Position numbers and translations under genes: made by a program
Assembly: GCA_963849325.1 (NCBI GenBank)
Contig: CAWKHF010000002.1
Location: 448,001 to 512,000, forward strand
Origin: an uncultured Planctomycetota bacterium
GTDB taxonomy: Bacteria; Planctomycetota; Planctomycetia; Gemmatales; Gemmataceae
Length of the DNA: 64,000 nucleotides
Reading direction: 5' to 3'
Notes under the pieces: generated by a model
Seen by the model: the letters and a program-made list of their open reading frames with translations, nothing else
Told to the model about the DNA's origin: nothing
The model's database searches: none
Shown: piece by piece, positions 36,744 through 46,757 of the stretch
Position numbering within the stretch: the first letter of the stretch is position 1
How the letters are laid out: each line of letters starts with the position of its first letter

Positions 36744-36770
36744 GTATGACGAATTGCGAAATCGTATGAT
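36744..36770 (+). promoter_or_regulatory. Candidate NikR-like operator overlapping a TATGAT -10 element
   Basis: GTATGACGAATTGCGAAATCGTATGAT resembles the E. coli nik operator GTATGACGAATACTTAAAATCGTCATAC; 45 nt upstream of the metal uptake genes. Confidence 0.4.
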
Positions 36771-36815
36771 GACGCTGGCAGCGGGGCAGCGACAACGGGA
36801 AAAAGGGAGACGAAC

Positions 36816-37602
36816 ATGCGGTTGGCGGTAAGCTCGGCGCTGGCGTGGCTCGGTCTGTTCGCCGGTTCGGCCGCGGCACATTTCCACATGCTGTTGCCTC
36901 AAACCGCCACGGCGAAGAAGGGCGAAATCGTCGTTTTCACCTACCAATGGGGCCATCCCTTCGAGCATCAACTGTTCGACGCTCCCCAACCCCTGAGCCT
37001 AACCGTTCGCGCCCCGATGGCAAGAAAAGCCGATTTGACGGATCATTTGCAGAAGGCCAAGCGTCAGTCGGGGTCGAAGGAGGTGGTGGTCTATCAGTTG
37101 CGTTTCCATCCCGACCAGCGCGGCGATTACGGGTTCGTGCTCCAGACGCCGCCGATCTGGATGGAGGAGGACGGCGAGTATCTGCAAGACACGGTCAAAG
37201 TGGTGCTGCACGTCCAGGCGCAGAAAGGCTGGGACGCCGCGGAGCGGAAGGATTTCGATTTTATGCCGCTGACGCGGCCTTACGGACTGCGGCCGGGCAT
37301 GGTTTTTCAGGCCCAACTTCAGGGACAGGAGAAGGAACGCGGCGGCGTGTCGGATTCCCTTGTGGAAATCGAGCACTACAATCCCCGCCCTCCCGCGAAA
37401 CTGCCGCCGGACGAGCACATCACGCCGCACGGTCAAGACCGACCCCAACGGCATCGTGACGACGACACTGACGGAGGCGGGCTGGTGGTGCCTGACTGCC
37501 GCCCGTCCGGCAGGTCAGCGGATGCGCGACGGCAAGAGTTATCCGGTGCGGCAGCGCTGCACCTTGTGGGTCTTCGTGGACGAACCGGCGCGGAGCGAGT
37601 GA
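36816..37602 (+). CDS. DUF4198-like periplasmic Ni/Co uptake protein; frameshift near 37425
   Basis: Signal peptide then AHFHMLLP, WGHPFE, PLTRPYGL, VEIEHYN, VKTDPNG; upstream of cbiM. Confidence 0.8.
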
Positions 37603-37615
37603 GCCGAGGGACGAC

Positions 37616-38906
37616 ATGGGTACGATGCCGATTTCCTTGTCGCTGCCCTGGGCGATGCACATCTCCGACGGGGTGCTGAGCGTTCCCTGGTTGGTCGGCG
37701 GTTTCGTGCTCTCGGGGTTGCTCGTCCTGCTGGCCGCGTACCGCGTGCGCGACGAGGAGGTTCCCCGCATCGCCCTGCTCAGCGCGGCGTTCTTTGTCGC
37801 CTCGCTTCTGCACATCCGCCTGGGACCGACGAGCGTACACTTGCTGCTCAATGGCCTGGTCGGCGTCGTGCTCGGCCGACGGGCGCCGCTCGCCATCCTG
37901 ATCGGCCTCGGTCCTGCAAGCGGTGCTCCTGGGCCACGGCGGGTTCACGACCATCGGCGTCAACGCCGCGATTCAGACACTGCCCGCGCTGCTCGCCGGA
38001 TGGATGTATGCCGTGCTGTCCCATCTGCCCTGGATACGGCGGGCGAAGACCTCTCTCCTCTGGCCGCTCGGCTGCGTCATCGGCATGACCTCCGTGCTGG
38101 CGACATTGCTTCTGGCCGCCGTTGTCTTGCTGTGGGGCGGCGCGGAGGACTGGCATCAAATTGTTTGGCTGGTGTTTTACGCTCATTTACCCATCGTCGG
38201 AATCGAGGGCGTCGTGCTCGGCTTCACGGTCAGCTTTCTGGCACGGGTGAAACCGGACATGCTCGACAGGAGGGTGGAGGGTGGAGGGTGGAGGGTGGAG
38301 GGTGAAGTGGTCCCTCCACCCTCCACCCTCCACCCTCCACCTCTGCTGCTGCTGGCCATACTCAGCACCCTACTCGCCGCCAATCCCGCGCAGGCGCATC
38401 GTCTCGATGCCGGCTATTTCGTGTTGCCCGATCGCCAGGTGCGCATCGAAAGTTGGTTCGATCTGGGCGGTATCCCTCATGGGGCGAAAGTCCAGGTGTT
38501 TCGGCCCAGTCGGGAGTTGCTCGCGGAAGGCCAGCTCGACGCGAACGGCTACTTCGTTTTTCATTTCACCGAGGCCGAGCCGCTGGAGGTGATCGTTTCG
38601 GCCGGCGCGGGACATCGCAAAACTTTTGTCATCCCACGAGAGGAGCTTGAACAAACCCACGACCCGACGGTCACTCCCGAGGCCGTGCCCGCAGGTGGAG
38701 CAAAGGAGTCCTTCCGTCCGGCAGGCTCGGAGGCGGCGTGGCGCGAGCGGAGCAAGGACGCTTTACTCGGTATCACCTTTTTGTTGGCGCTGGCGGCGTT
38801 CGTCCTCGGCTGGCGCAATGGCCGTAAACTAAAATCCATTCGGCAGACTGACGATCCGGAACCGATGGATCGTCCCACCGAACAACCTTCACCCCCCCTG
38901 CCCTAA
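37616..38906 (+). CDS. cbiM: CbiM/NikM ECF substrate component fused to a CbiL/NikL-like domain; frameshift near 37910
   Basis: MHISDG, AAFFVASLLH, SVHLLLNGLVG, GHGGFTTIGVN, IEGVV. The frame continues into AQAHRL...GAGHRK and a C-terminal TM. Confidence 0.85.
38269..38341. repeat. In-frame inverted heptamer repeat (GGAGGGT)x5 / (CCCTCCA)x4 inside the cbiM fusion
   Basis: Directly visible; encodes RRVEGGGWRVEGEVVPPPSTLHPPP. Confidence 0.9.
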
Positions 38907-38918
38907 GAGCAAGTCCCT

Positions 38919-38983
38919 GTTTCGCCGCGCCGCGCAGCGGAGCGCGGGGTGCTCTCGCGCTCCGCTGCGCGGCGCGGCTAAAC
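38919..38983. repeat. REP-like palindrome family A
   Basis: GTTTCGCCGCGCCGCGCAGCGGAGCGCG ... CGCGCTCCGCTGCGCGGCGCGGCTAAAC. Confidence 0.85.
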
Positions 38984-39101
38984 GAGAAGGATGTGGTTGG
39001 ATAAGCGCAAACTCTTACTTGTATCTGGCGCGGCTTGCGGTAATCTCAAGGAGCGCCCGCCAGGGGACGACCAACTGTTTCCAGCCATCGAGAGGACCGC
39101 C

Positions 39102-40433
39102 ATGAGTCAACACCATCGCGGGATCACCCGCCGCCACTTCGTCCAAGGGGCCGCTGCCACGGCCCTGTCCCTCCCGCTCATCAAGCCCGCCTCCGCCCTC
39201 GCCGCGGACAAGAAGGAGACTCCTCCCAGCGAACGCATCACGCTGGGGTTCATCGGCGTCGGCACCCAGAATCGCGGTCATCTCGGCCATTTCCTCGGCC
39301 AGGGCGACGTGCAGATTGTCGCCGTCTGCGACGTGGACACCACCCGGCGCGAGGACGCGCAGAAGACCGTGGAAAAGCGCTACGCCGACAGGCAGAAGAG
39401 TGGCCAGTACAAGGGCTGCGAAGGCTACAATGACTTCCGCGAGCTGCTGGCGCGCAAGGACATCGACGCCGTGGTCATCGCCACGCCGGACCACTGGCAC
39501 GCCATCCCCGCCATCGAAGCGTGCAAGGCCGGCATGGATGTCTACTGTGAAAAGCCGCTGTCGCTGACCATTCACGAGGCGAAGACCATGCGCGATGCCG
39601 CGCGCAAATACGAGCGTGTCTTCCAGACCGGCAGTCAGCAGCGTTCGAGCAAGGAGTTTCGCCTGGCCTGCCAACTGGTGCGCAGCGGGCGTATCGGCAC
39701 GTTGAAAGCCGTCTACGTCAACGTCGGCGGTCCCAGCCGACCCTGCGATCTGCCCGAGGAGAAGGCGGAACCCGGCCTCGACTGGGACCGCTGGCTGGGG
39801 CCGGCGCCGATGCGGCCGTACAACTCGGTCCTCAGCCCGCGCGGCGTTCACAAGCACTTCCCCAACTGGCGCAACTACCGCGAATACTCCGGCGGCATGA
39901 TGACCGACTGGGGAGCACATCACTTCGACATCGCCCAGTGGGGACTCGGCATGGACGGCAGCGGTCCCGTCGAGATCATCCCACCGGACGATCCCAAGGC
40001 GCAGAAGGGCCTCAAGTACGTCTACGATAATGGCGTCGTGGTCCTCCATGCCGAGCAGTACGAACCGGGCAAGAAGGTGAACGGTCTCGCCTTCGTCGGC
40101 AGCGAGGGCAAGGTATTCGTCAACCGCGGCTACCTCGCCAGTGATCCGGCCGACATTATCAAGCAACCGCTTGGCGTCCACGACGTCCGGCTGTACCAAT
40201 CGCCGGGCCACCAGCGCAACTGGATTGAGTGCGTCCGCGCGCGTCGCCGGCCCATCGCCGACGTGGAGATCGGCGCCCGCTCGGTGACGGTCTGCCACCT
40301 GGGCAACCTGGCATACTGGAACCATCGCAAGCTGCGCTGGGATCCGCAGCACTGGCAGTTCGTTGGCGATGTCGAGGCCAACAAGTGGCTCGACCGCGAA
40401 CACCGCGATCCCTGGAAACTGCCAGCGATCTGA
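39102..40433 (+). CDS. Tat-exported Gfo/Idh/MocA family oxidoreductase
   Basis: TRRHFV, GFIGVG, IATPDHWH, DVYCEKP, QTGSQQRS, DWGAHHFD. Confidence 0.93.
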   Translation: MSQHHRGITRRHFVQGAAATALSLPLIKPASALAADKKETPPSERITLGFIGVGTQNRGHLGHFLGQGDVQIVAVCDVDTTRREDAQKTVEKRYADRQKSGQYKGCEGYNDFRELLARKDIDAVVIATPDHWHAIPAIEACKAGMDVYCEKPLSLTIHEAKTMRDAARKYERVFQTGSQQRSSKEFRLACQLVRSGRIGTLKAVYVNVGGPSRPCDLPEEKAEPGLDWDRWLGPAPMRPYNSVLSPRGVHKHFPNWRNYREYSGGMMTDWGAHHFDIAQWGLGMDGSGPVEIIPPDDPKAQKGLKYVYDNGVVVLHAEQYEPGKKVNGLAFVGSEGKVFVNRGYLASDPADIIKQPLGVHDVRLYQSPGHQRNWIECVRARRRPIADVEIGARSVTVCHLGNLAYWNHRKLRWDPQHWQFVGDVEANKWLDREHRDPWKLPAI

Positions 40434-40483
40434 ACGACTGTTCTCACCGACCGACCGCACCCAAGCAAAGGAGCGAAACAATC

Positions 40484-40585
40484 ATGGCCCGTTCCAGTCC
40501 GAAGACGATGCGCAAGCGCCGGCGCATCCGCAACAAACGACTGCGACATCTGAAGCCGACAAGAAAGGGATGGAAAATCTTGTGA
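40484..40585 (+). CDS. 33-aa Arg/Lys-rich small protein
   Basis: AAAGGAG RBS 9 nt before ATG; MARSSPKTMRKRRRIRNKRLRHLKPTRKGWKIL; followed by a perfect hairpin at 40628-40663. Confidence 0.6.
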   Translation: MARSSPKTMRKRRRIRNKRLRHLKPTRKGWKIL

Positions 40586-40704
40586 ACCGCCGGGGTGGCC
40601 GTCAGGTCTCCCCGGCTCGGAGTGATGGAACCAAGCCGGTGACGACGGTCACCGGCTTGGTTCGTTTCCGGGACGGACGGCCGCAAGTCGCTCGTCTGGC
40701 GGCG

Positions 40705-40733
40705 TTGACAAGAAGGTCGATCGGTGGTAATTT
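40705..40733 (+). promoter_or_regulatory. Sigma70-type promoter of rnc
   Basis: TTGACA-17 nt-TAATTT with an extended -10 TG. Confidence 0.65.
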
Positions 40734-40769
40734 CGAGTCAAGCTCGCATTTATTCTGGCGATAGAGACC

Positions 40770-41504
40770 ATGCCGCAGGATTTGACGACTAACCACGAAA
40801 CCGAGATTCTGGACGAGTGCCAGAAGGCCATCGGTTATCAGTTTCGCCAGCCAGAGTTGCTCCGCGCTTCCCTCACGCACGCCTCGGGAGCCAATACGCG
40901 CCTAGCGTCCAATGAGCGCATGGAGTTCCTCGGCGACTCGGTGCTTGGCCTGGTAACCTGCGAGCAGCTGTATCTGCGATTCCCCGACTATCAGGAAGGC
41001 GACCTGACCAAGATCAAGTCGGTGGTGGTCAGCCGCCGTACCTGCGCACGTTTCAGCAAGGTTCTGGACCTGGGAGCGTTCATCTTCCTGGGCAAAGGCA
41101 TGAACCACCTGCACTCGTCGGCGGTGCCGTCGAGCATGTTGGCCGACGTGTACGAATCGCTGGTGGCGGCGATCTATCTCGACGGCGGCCTGGAGGCGGC
41201 ACGGACGTTCATCCTCAAGCAGCTCGGACCCGAGATCGAGGAAGTGGCCGAGAGCGCTCACGGCGGCAACTTCAAGTCGTTGTTGCAGCAGGTGGCCCAG
41301 CGCGAGTTCAACGCCACGCCGCTATACGTCCTTCTCGACGAGAAGGGTCCCGATCACGGCAAATGCTTCAAGATCGCCGCCGTCATCGGCCGGCACACCT
41401 ACGCCGGTGCCTGGGGCCGCAACAAGAAGGAAGCCGAGCAGCGAGCCGCCATGAACGCGCTGGCCCAGGTCAACGGCGATCCCCTGCCGTACGAGCACGA
41501 TTAG
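40770..41504 (+). CDS. rnc: Ribonuclease III
   Basis: SNERMEFLGDSVLG, EGDLT, ADVYESLVAAIYLDGG, dsRBD FKSLLQ...GPDH...KKEAEQ. Confidence 0.97.
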   Translation: MPQDLTTNHETEILDECQKAIGYQFRQPELLRASLTHASGANTRLASNERMEFLGDSVLGLVTCEQLYLRFPDYQEGDLTKIKSVVVSRRTCARFSKVLDLGAFIFLGKGMNHLHSSAVPSSMLADVYESLVAAIYLDGGLEAARTFILKQLGPEIEEVAESAHGGNFKSLLQQVAQREFNATPLYVLLDEKGPDHGKCFKIAAVIGRHTYAGAWGRNKKEAEQRAAMNALAQVNGDPLPYEHD

Positions 41505-41516
41505 GGCTGCTCCACC

Positions 41517-41813
41517 ATGCCCATGCCCTCCTACCCCGTTCGCTGCTCCACCTCCGGCTGTTTGGAATTGGCCGTCTACAAGATCGCCGCGCGCTGGAGC
41601 GACGGCGCAACCGAGGAGCTGAAGACCTATGCTTTGAGCTGCTCGACGTGCCTGGCCGCTTCGTTCCGCCACAGTCGCCTCAAGCAAGCGGCCTGTCGTC
41701 TCGCTCCCGGTGAGACGCTGGACACGCCGGGCATTTACGAACTCGTTCGCGGACGCCGTGATCCGCAGCTCGTGCGCCGCCCCGACCTCGAACAGCCATT
41801 GCTATCCGAATGA
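41517..41813 (+). CDS. Hypothetical small Cys-containing (possibly zinc-binding) protein
   Basis: CSTSGC ... CSTC; YKIAARWSDG; 12 nt after rnc. Confidence 0.65.
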   Translation: MPMPSYPVRCSTSGCLELAVYKIAARWSDGATEELKTYALSCSTCLAASFRHSRLKQAACRLAPGETLDTPGIYELVRGRRDPQLVRRPDLEQPLLSE

Positions 41814-41819
41814 ATCATC

Positions 41820-41871
41820 AGCCCGGAGCACGAGCGACGGGTGGAAACATCCGTCGCTCGCGCTCCGGGCT
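41820..41871. repeat. REP-like palindrome family B (A[A/G]CCCG.AGC...GCT.CGGG[C/T]T)
   Basis: Related copies at 46125-46176 and 51904-51954. Confidence 0.75.
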
Positions 41872-41894
41872 TATCGGCAAACCTTCGTACTTTC

Positions 41895-43610
41895 TCAAAA
41901 CCCCGACACCTTGCCATTGATGCGTCGGTCCTCGGCGCCGACGTATTGGCCCGTCTTCGGATCGAGCCAGATCGAATGAGCGTCGCCCTGGCGCGTGCCG
42001 CGGACGGAGTGCCCCATCGCTTCGAGGCACTGCACGGACTTGCCGTACTCGTCGGTCCCCTCGAACGAGGCCGTGTCGGGGAACCACGGGTGATGTAGGC
42101 GCGGCGCGTCCACGGCGGCACGGATGTCCATGTCATAGTCGATGACGTTGACGATCACACACAGCACCGTGTTGATGATGGTACGGCTGCCGGGGCTGCC
42201 GGTGACCAGGACGACCTTGCCGTTCTTCGTCACGATGGTCGGCGTCTGCGATGACAACATGCGTTTGCCCGGAGCGACCTGGTTCGCCTCCGTGCCGATG
42301 CCCCCGGAGCGCGTCGTCTCGCCGGGGAACCAGTTGAAGTCCATCATCTCGTTGTTGAGCAGGAAGCCGGCCCCCGGAACCACGATGCGCGAACCGTAGC
42401 TGCGTTCGAGCGTGTAGGTGTTGGCAACCGCCATGCCGTCGCCGTCGAGGACGCTGAAGTGGGTCGTACTGTCGCCCTCGCCCTTAAGGGGAATGTCGCG
42501 GGCCAGGTCGGCGCTGGGGGTGGCCTTGCAGCGGTCAATGGAGCAAGCCAGCTTGCGGGCGTAGTCCTTGCTGGTCAGGAAGTCGGGGATCGTGACAAAG
42601 TCGCTGTCGCCCAGGTAGCGGGCGCGGTCGCAGTAGGCGCGGCGCATGGTCTCGATCATCAGGTGCAGCGTCTCGGCGGAGAAGCGGCCGTGCCGGCGCA
42701 GGTCGAAGTTCTCCAGCACGTTGAGCATCTCGACCAGGCAGGTTCCGCCCGAACTGGGCGGCGGAGGACCATACACGTCATAACTCCGGTACGTCCCGTG
42801 AACCGGCTTGCGTTCCTTGGCCTGGTAAGCGGCCAGGTCCGCCGTGGTGATCAGACCGCCGCCGCGCCGCATCTCAGCCGCCACTAACTCGGCGACCGCT
42901 CCCTTGTAGAAACCGTCCGGGCCGTGCTCGGCGACCAGTCGCAGGGTCTTCGCCAGATCCTTCTGCACCAGCCGATCGCCGGCCTGCCAGGTCGTATTGC
43001 CGCCATCCTTGCCCAGGACGCGCCGCAACTCGGGGAACTCCGGCGAACTGCCGACGATCCAGTTCAGCGAGCCGGCCAGCGGTTGATCGATGACAAAGCC
43101 TTCCTCGGCGAGCTTGACGGCCGGCGTCACCACGTCTTTCCAGGGCAGCTTGCCGAAGCGAGTATGGGCCAGGGCCAGGCCGCGCACCGTGCCGGGCACA
43201 CCGACGGCCTTGTGGCTGTACCAGCTGTCCTTCTGGGTGAACATGGTCTTGCCGGCGGTCAGCGGCGCTTTCTCGCGGTAATCGATGAGGACAGGTTCGG
43301 CCTTGCCGCTTGGATAAATGAGCATGAAGCCGCCGCCGCCGATGTTGCCGGCCGCCGGATAGGTAACGGCCATCGCAAAGGCCGTCGCCACCGCCGCGTC
43401 CACCGCGTTGCCGCCCTGGCGTAGAATGGCGCATCCGGTGTCCGCTCCAGGCGGTGAAACCGCTACCACTATCCCATGCCTCTGCGGCGTTTCCGCTTCC
43501 GCACTGTGAACGGGATAGCTCGTGGTCCCCGCACAGACGAGCAAGGACAGGCTCCAGGAGAGCAGGGAGCGAGCGTGGCGACAAACGGGGGAAGACCCGA
43601 ACATGGACAT
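41895..43610 (-). CDS. ggt: Gamma-glutamyltransferase
   Basis: GGNAVDAAVA, GNIGGGGF, PPPSSGG, TTHFS nucleophile, LNNEMMDF, PGKRMLSSQTP. Confidence 0.96.
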   Translation of the reverse strand: MSMFGSSPVCRHARSLLSWSLSLLVCAGTTSYPVHSAEAETPQRHGIVVAVSPPGADTGCAILRQGGNAVDAAVATAFAMAVTYPAAGNIGGGGFMLIYPSGKAEPVLIDYREKAPLTAGKTMFTQKDSWYSHKAVGVPGTVRGLALAHTRFGKLPWKDVVTPAVKLAEEGFVIDQPLAGSLNWIVGSSPEFPELRRVLGKDGGNTTWQAGDRLVQKDLAKTLRLVAEHGPDGFYKGAVAELVAAEMRRGGGLITTADLAAYQAKERKPVHGTYRSYDVYGPPPPSSGGTCLVEMLNVLENFDLRRHGRFSAETLHLMIETMRRAYCDRARYLGDSDFVTIPDFLTSKDYARKLACSIDRCKATPSADLARDIPLKGEGDSTTHFSVLDGDGMAVANTYTLERSYGSRIVVPGAGFLLNNEMMDFNWFPGETTRSGGIGTEANQVAPGKRMLSSQTPTIVTKNGKVVLVTGSPGSRTIINTVLCVIVNVIDYDMDIRAAVDAPRLHHPWFPDTASFEGTDEYGKSVQCLEAMGHSVRGTRQGDAHSIWLDPKTGQYVGAEDRRINGKVSGF

Positions 43611-43922
43611 TTCCTCAAGGCAAGGACGGCAGTATGGAGGAACGATGGCGAGGGCGGCTTGTTGCTACTGACATCGTATCGGTCTCGTCAATCGATTCAG
43701 GGAATTCGCCAGCCTCCAGCGAAGACGGCAACTCCGCTTGCCGGTTGCGACGAGACTTACATGCGTACCGCGCTCGGCGTCCGTCCAGACAAGGGGGCAT
43801 GAGGAGAGACCCCGGATCGCATCGGCAACGAGCAGACGCTTGCAAAACGCGCGCGGCGGCCTGACAATCACAATCCCTGGCTCCCGTCCGTATCCGCGAC
43901 AACAGAACAAAGGTGGTCTGTC

Positions 43923-44903
43923 ATGAAACAACGGCGTATGTGGTGGTTTAGCGTGGGATGCTTCGCGCTGGGCGTGCTCGCGGGAGGTTGGTTCCTACGG
44001 CCGACGGCTGCGCCGGTGCTTGCACAAGCCTCGGTCGAAAAGCCAGCCGCGCCTCGCGCGGCGCCGCCGGACGACGGCAAACTGCGCATCCTGTGTTTTG
44101 GCGCACACCCCGACGACTGCGAGTTGCAAGCGGGCGGTGTGACCGCGATGTGGGCGGCGCAGGGACATCACGTCAAGTTCGTCTCCGTGACCAACGGCGA
44201 CATCGGCCACTGGCGCGAGGCCGGCGGCCCGCTGGCCCGCCGGCGCACCGCCGAGGTCGAGCGGGCCGCCCGCATCCTCGGCATCGCCACGCAAGTGCTT
44301 GACATCCACGACGGCGAACTGCTGCCCACCCTGGAGAATCGCCGCACGCTCACCCGTCTCATCCGCCAGTGGAAGGCCGATGTCGTCATGAGCCATCGGC
44401 CCAACGACTACCACCCCGATCACCGTTACACCGGCATTCTGGTGCAGGATTCGGCGTACATGGTCACCGTACCGTTTTTCTGTCCCGATACGCCCATCCT
44501 GAAGAACAATCCCGTCTACCTCTTCTATCCCGATCGCTTTCGGAAACCGAACCCGTTCCAGCCCGACATCGCCGTGGACATTGATGTAGTGATCGATCGG
44601 AAACTCGACGCCCTCGACACGCTCGTGTCGCAGTTCTACGAGGGCGGCGCCAACGGCTCCGCCGATCTGCTGCCGAGCGAACCGACCAAGCAGCAGGACC
44701 GCCGCCGTCGGGTGCGCGAGGCCCACGCCGCGCGCTTCCGCGACGTCGCGGGGCGCTATCGGACCAAGTTGGCCGACTGGTACGGCAAGGACCGGGCGAG
44801 CAAGGTGCGGCACGCCGAGGCGTTCGAGATCTGCGAGTACGGACGCCGGCCGAATCGAGAGGAATTGGCCCAACTTTTTCCGTTCTTCGAGAAAAAGGAA
44901 TGA
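43923..44903 (+). CDS. PIG-L/LmbE family deacetylase, exported
   Basis: GAHPDDCE, VTNGD, YHPDH, AEAF. Confidence 0.9.
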   Translation: MKQRRMWWFSVGCFALGVLAGGWFLRPTAAPVLAQASVEKPAAPRAAPPDDGKLRILCFGAHPDDCELQAGGVTAMWAAQGHHVKFVSVTNGDIGHWREAGGPLARRRTAEVERAARILGIATQVLDIHDGELLPTLENRRTLTRLIRQWKADVVMSHRPNDYHPDHRYTGILVQDSAYMVTVPFFCPDTPILKNNPVYLFYPDRFRKPNPFQPDIAVDIDVVIDRKLDALDTLVSQFYEGGANGSADLLPSEPTKQQDRRRRVREAHAARFRDVAGRYRTKLADWYGKDRASKVRHAEAFEICEYGRRPNREELAQLFPFFEKKE

Positions 44904-45067
44904 GGCGGAACAGGGATGGAACCATTTCGCGTCTCCGGGTACAGTCTGGGGTTGAGTTGTCCCGACGAGCGCTACGAGCTATGTTACCGGCGGGACACTT
45001 TTCCGGCGTCCTGGTTGTTGACGGAGTAAGGCCCGTGACTCGCGTTCTTCGGGGCGGAATTGAGGCG

Positions 45068-46126
45068 GTGCAACAGTCAAACGGAAGAGAACGAAATGAC
45101 TACCCCACCTACTCCGGAGGGAGAGGGTGGTCCGGCCGGGCGAGCACGGCGGTCGCCGTGGGCAGCTGGTTGTGCCTGGGGGCGACCTTGAGCTTGTGGC
45201 TTCTCCTGCACCTGGGAGACCTGTGGTGGCCGGCCACGCTGCTGATGTTCAGCCCGCGCTGGCTCTTGATTGTTCCGCCATCCTTCCTGCTCCTCGCGGC
45301 GGCTTTGCTGCGCCGCCGGATGATGGGGGTGCTGCTGCTCAACCTCCTGCTAATCGTCGGACCCATCATGGGTTTCTGCTTCTCCTGGTCGGCTTCCGAG
45401 ATGGAATCAACGTCGGCGCGGAGCTTGCGCCTGATGACGTGCAATGCGCACCATCAGAAGCCGGACATCCACCGCTTCAAGAAACTGCTCGCCGAAGCCC
45501 GGCCGGACATCGTCGTGGTCCAGGAGTGGCCCGGTTCCGCACAGGCCGAGGTCTTCCCCGCAAGCGAATGGCATGTCCACAAGGTTTACGGACTTTTCCT
45601 GGCCAGTCGCTTTCCGATTCGAGGGTCCACGCAACTCGGTGAGGACTCGATGGATGAGGTGGGGTTGGTCATCCGCTATGAGTTGGATGCCCCCGCGGCG
45701 CCCATTACCTTGTTCAGCCTGCACCTGGCCTCGCCGCGAGAGGGATTGTACCAGGCGACGCACCATCCCTGGAAGGGAGTGGACGATCTCGACGAAGGCT
45801 CGACGGTGCGTTGGGCCCAGTGCGGAAATCTGGCCCGCGCGGCGGAGGAGGCTTCAGGTCCGGTACTGCTCGCCGGAGACTTCAATACTCCGTCGGAGAG
45901 CGCCATCTTCCGTCGTCTATGGCCGCGATACACGGACGCCTTTTCCTCCGCCGGATTCGGCTGGGGCTACACTTTCTTCGGTGGCCGGACGGCCGTGCGC
46001 ATCGATCACATCCTGGCCAGTCCCGGCTGGCGCTGCGAGCGCTGCTGGGTCAGATCGAGCATCGGCTCTCCGCATCACCCTGTCCTCGCCGACCTGACCT
46101 GGCTCGGTTCGTCGCAAGGCCGCTAA
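45068..46126 (+). CDS. Membrane-anchored endonuclease/exonuclease/phosphatase (EEP) family protein
   Basis: N-terminal TMs, MTCN, PDIVVVQE, LAGDFNT, RIDHIL, SPHHPV. Start tentative (GTG). Confidence 0.85.
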   Translation: MQQSNGRERNDYPTYSGGRGWSGRASTAVAVGSWLCLGATLSLWLLLHLGDLWWPATLLMFSPRWLLIVPPSFLLLAAALLRRRMMGVLLLNLLLIVGPIMGFCFSWSASEMESTSARSLRLMTCNAHHQKPDIHRFKKLLAEARPDIVVVQEWPGSAQAEVFPASEWHVHKVYGLFLASRFPIRGSTQLGEDSMDEVGLVIRYELDAPAAPITLFSLHLASPREGLYQATHHPWKGVDDLDEGSTVRWAQCGNLARAAEEASGPVLLAGDFNTPSESAIFRRLWPRYTDAFSSAGFGWGYTFFGGRTAVRIDHILASPGWRCERCWVRSSIGSPHHPVLADLTWLGSSQGR

Positions 46127-46580
46127 CCCGGAGCGTCCGCGACAGGCTTGTCCGCCCGTCGCTGTCGCTCCGGGTTCGTGAGGAAACCGCTTCGTAACCG
46201 CAGCCAGCGTTTCCAGGTGAGGGCCAAACCGAGGAGAAGGCCGACGTGATCGATGAGGACGTCGGTCACTTTGCCGGTGCGAAGGGGGACGAATTGCTGC
46301 AGGTACTCAGTGCCGGCGGCGTGCAGCGACAGCAAGGCCAGCAGCAGCCAGCGCCCGCGCCGAGCGGCAGCCACGACAGGAAGACGGTCAGGAAGGCATA
46401 GGCGACGACATGCAGGATCTTCGCCGCCGGGAAGAACGACCCCGACGGAGCGAACTCCTTGCCGATTTCGGCCGGGTACGTTGTCAGCAGGGCGACTGTC
46501 CAAACGCCGAGACAGAGAAACCAGCCGAAGCCGCGCACCATCAACTTCCGTCTCCGTTCTCGGTCCTCCGTATCGTCCAT
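46123..46580 (-). CDS. VanZ family membrane protein; frameshift near 46360
   Basis: KILHVVAYAFL, TEYLQQFVPLRTG...DVLID. Confidence 0.8.
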
Positions 46581-46757
46581 GTCTTCCTCCCGCAAGTTGT
46601 TCGCTGTTGTGTAACAGGCCGTCTCCGCGGCTGTCAAGGGCACGGGCGCTTTGACGACACGAAGCAGGGCGGCCAAGGCGCAGCGATCGCCGGATGGATT
46701 TGCTAGAATAGGCCGGGTATACCATTGAGGAAACAAGTTAGCGACGAGACACCAAAC

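Noticed and set aside
36720-36815. Cobalamin riboswitch upstream of the cbiM unit
   Set aside because: The leader is too short and has no B12-box.
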